Notes under the pieces: generated by a model
Told to the model about the DNA's origin: nothing
The model's database searches: none
The model's input: the letters and a program-made list of their open reading frames with translations, nothing else
In this document: piece by piece, positions 60,956 to 64,000 of the stretch
Layout of the letters: each line of letters starts with the position of its first letter
Numbering within the stretch: the first letter of the stretch is position 1
Position numbers and translations under genes: made by a program
Origin: Phaeosaccion multiseriatum
Taxonomy: Eukaryota > Protista > Ochrophyta, other classes
Length of the DNA: 64,000 bases
Assembly (NCBI GenBank): GCA_965112735.1
Contig: OZ218953.1
Coordinates: 2,976,001-3,040,000, forward strand
Direction: 5' to 3'

Positions 60956-61366
60956 CGTTGAGGCTACAGCTACAGCTGCAGGGCGGCGATTGGGCTACGG
61001 CGGCGGCGGAGCAAGATGTCCACAATTAGACTCCACAGTCTTTCTTACGCTTTGGATTTTAGCTTCCGCCCCTCTTCTAAGTTTTTTTTTCAGCTCCCTC
61101 CCTCTCGCCCCTCGCCTATCGCTGAGCGGAAACTGAAAATTAAAATTGGCTTGATGGCTCGCCGCCGAAGAGCTTAGCGCTAAATATCTTTACCTGACCC
61201 AGCCCTAGCAGCAGGGGGAGGGGATATCACCGACAACCAAGCAAAGTTGGAGGGGTGTCTGCCTATGGGTGTAAGTAGCTCTTAGCTGCTGTACTGCTGC
61301 GAGTGGTGCGGGGTTAAATCCTCCCTCTCGAAAGGGGTGCTGACCCTTAAGAGAGAGGACAAGGTG

Positions 61367-64000
61367 ATGGCGGGTAGCGCTAGCAATAGCTATGAGCCCC
61401 TTTGGGCGCAGATGGCAGAGCAGTGCCGACCGGAAGAGAGCACGAAGGACGGGGAGAAGTGGTGGAGACAGCAGCAACGAAAGGCGGGAGGGCAAGCGGA
61501 CACCAGGCGAGGTCGCCCAGCGGAGCCCTGCTGCTTCCTGTGCTCGGATAGGACGGAGGGTCGCTGGCTCACGAGCTGCCAAGGGAAGACCAAGGATGCG
61601 TGCGTCCAGTGGTTCCACCCCGTGTGCGCTTGGCAGGTAAGGCGAAGGTTGGCAGTTGAGGGGTAGGTAGTTCCCGCTCCTGAACAGGAGGAGGAGGGGG
61701 TGTATGAGGGACTTCTAGGGAGTCGGGGACTTTAGCTTATGCGTGTCAGATACATATTCGCTGGAAGAGAAAGAGAACAGGGCGTCGGTGAGAAGAGGGA
61801 GCAAGGGGCGGTAGCTTTGAGACTGTGAGCTGAGCTTGATTTCATGCCCACGCTCAGCTCAATAACACTCCAACATTACCGCTCCGTCTCTCGGATACGC
61901 GTCGTTTCCTCAGGCTCCGGAGATTTCCTACTACGTCGATTCTGTCGAAGGTGCCCCAGCAGCAGCAGGAGGGGAAGGCGGAGGGGGTGGGCGTGTCCCT
62001 CAAATCACCTTTCGCTGCGCGGAACACTACGAGCCGCCTTTGTACTGCTCTTGCAGAAAGCCAGACGAGGGAAACGAGTAAGTAGGGCGTCTATACCACG
62101 GCAGGACAGGAGGGGGGCAGGGCGAGTGCTTGGGGTGGATCTTTAGGTCATGGCTCTTTGTCAAGTGCTAATGCATTGGAAAACTACACCACCCCACACT
62201 GCATGCTGACTCCGCACCGGTCTCCCGCTTGTCCATTCGTCACCCCAGGGAGATGTGGGAGTGCGGGAATTGCAGGGAATGGTACCACTACTCGTGCGAA
62301 GGCGTAGCGGACGGCAACGAGCCCGAACTGTGCGCGAGCTGTGTGACTCGCAGGGCAAGGGGAGAAGAGGTGCTGGAGGAGGAGAAGGAGGCAAACGGTA
62401 TGAAAATGGAGGCCTTCACACGGCAGCAAACGGCTGAGCAGGTAAGGAGGATACGAGTAAAGTGGTGTTTATTCCGCTCAACTAAGGTTCGACTCTCGTA
62501 CATTGCATTCACTCAGCTGCTGTGTTTGCTCAAACATCCTCCTGCTTAGCGCTTTACTGCCTCTTTTATTTCCTTCCGCTTACACACTCAAACGTCGAAC
62601 TACCAAAGGTAATGAAAGTACAAGAGTGGCTGGCGGAGGCGGAAGCTGTCCTTCAATGGCGGTGTAGACACGGAGAGGAGCGAGTAGTGACTGCTGTAGT
62701 AGGGGCTGACGCGGACCGAAGGCGGCAGGCAGGATATCTGGCGTTACAGAAAGTGCTGCGTTCGGCAGCAACCTTCGAGGCACCACCCGAGCAGGAGAAT
62801 GAAGGAGGAGAGGCTGGGGGGGGTGGGGAGGAAGGGGGGGAGGAGGAGGACAGTGAGAGGGCACTGCCCGCCGGCTTGGAAGAGTTTTTTGAGGGCATGA
62901 TGGAGAGGCTGAACCGACTGAACACCGCAATCACGGAGCTGGAGGAAGAGGTGGAGGAGTGGTGGGGAACCAAGGGGCCATTTTTCACGTCCGATGGCGG
63001 AGGACGCAACTCTTGGAGCTATGACCACCCCGCCCTGGAGCAGGAGATTCGGGACTTGCAGGGCCTTGCAGCCAAGGGCGAGCGGCTGGAAGTGCCTCAA
63101 CCGGCCGTAGACTTGACCGCAGAGGCACAGGTGGTGCAGTGGGTGCTGAAGGTACAGACGCTGCTGGAGGGAGCGGAGGAGGGTCGTGGCGGTGGCGGAG
63201 GCGGAGCCCAGACGCCTCCTCCTGTTGGCGAGGTGGAAACGCTTATCGATGAGGCAAAGAGCCTCTTGGGAGAGAATCACAATCGCGCAGGTGAGCGGAG
63301 GAGAGAGGAGGGACGGTGCACAGCCAGGCATGAGTCTGTACCAGCTATGGACCCAACTCTTGTCACTTACTCTTTCTTCAAACCCTCCCCTTTTCGACGT
63401 TTTTGCTCTGTTAGGCTCCACTCTGAGGTTCCTCAATGCGCTGGCGCACACGTACCGCACTTGGCGCAAGAGGGCACAGAACTTGCTGTCTGGCATGGCT
63501 CAGGGCGTTATGAAGGGAGTCACCAGGGTAAGTCAATGGGTGTGTCAAGGCCAATATGAAACTCCTTTGTATTTCCCTTGTGTGCGCACAAGCATCGCAC
63601 GATCCTAAGATATATGGTCAAAGGCACCACCACCCGCGGCTTCGGGGTAGTGTGGCTCAACAAATCGCCCCCATCCAACGCCTTTTCCCGCCTCACACAA
63701 CAACGTCATAGACCCACACCCCCTCTCAAACCCCCTTTCCTTTCCTTCCCCTTCCCACTCACCCCGCACCGGTACTATAGGACATTATTCGGACACAGCT
63801 GGCTTCAGGCGAGTCACTCCCTGTGCAGATACCCGAGATGGATGAGATGGAGGACACTCTCTCGTTCTGGGACGAGTGGGAGGGGCGGGCGGAATCCTTG
63901 CTCGAATCGCTTGAGAGGGGCGGCGAGGAAGGGCAGTCCTCAGGCGAAGTTTTGAGTCAGCTCCAGGGACTCATGCGAGAGGCAGAAGGCTACAAGTACA
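61367..64000 (+). CDS. Chromatin protein with an atypical (C4HC2H) PHD, a canonical PHD and a PLU-1-like helical region; 3'-truncated by the window
   Basis: CFLC...TSC...ACVQWFHPVC...FRCAEH, then LYCSCRKPD...MWECGNCREWYHYSC...LCASC. Helical repeats follow (KVQEWLAEAEAVL, QVVQWVLKVQTLL, VETLIDEAKSL). Confidence 0.75.

Overview
GC-rich, intron-rich, microsatellite-laden eukaryotic nuclear DNA. It is probably from a photosynthetic stramenopile (ochrophyte-type alga); this is inferred only from signal-peptide+Phe bipartite presequences and gene content. About 18 protein genes can be spliced by eye, almost all in compact head-to-head pairs: RCC1-repeat protein / MARCH6-Doa10 E3 ligase; TBL-PC-esterase / mTERF-like; a putative small disrupted gene / IQ+Sfi1-like repeat protein; PGM3 / alpha-beta hydrolase; RsmE / NAA25; TPR-prefoldin fusion / small TM-coiled-coil protein; NDUFB2 / acidic low-complexity protein; DCAF11 / NAA38; nicastrin (unpaired); DUF179 / double-PHD protein (truncated). 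Most notable observations: (1) a Hop/STI1-like carboxylate-clamp TPR domain spliced in frame to a prefoldin-1-like subunit; (2) a 5'-truncated CRE-like non-LTR retrotransposon with a (CA)n tail and candidate TSD, whose intact endonuclease ORF is in frame with an upstream host exon; (3) polarised, often mutually complementary simple repeats at the two ends of introns; (4) a ~330-nt fold-back with nested hairpins; (5) a myristoylation-type first exon on PGM3. All exon structures and family calls come from manual reading and recalled motifs; no database searches were run.
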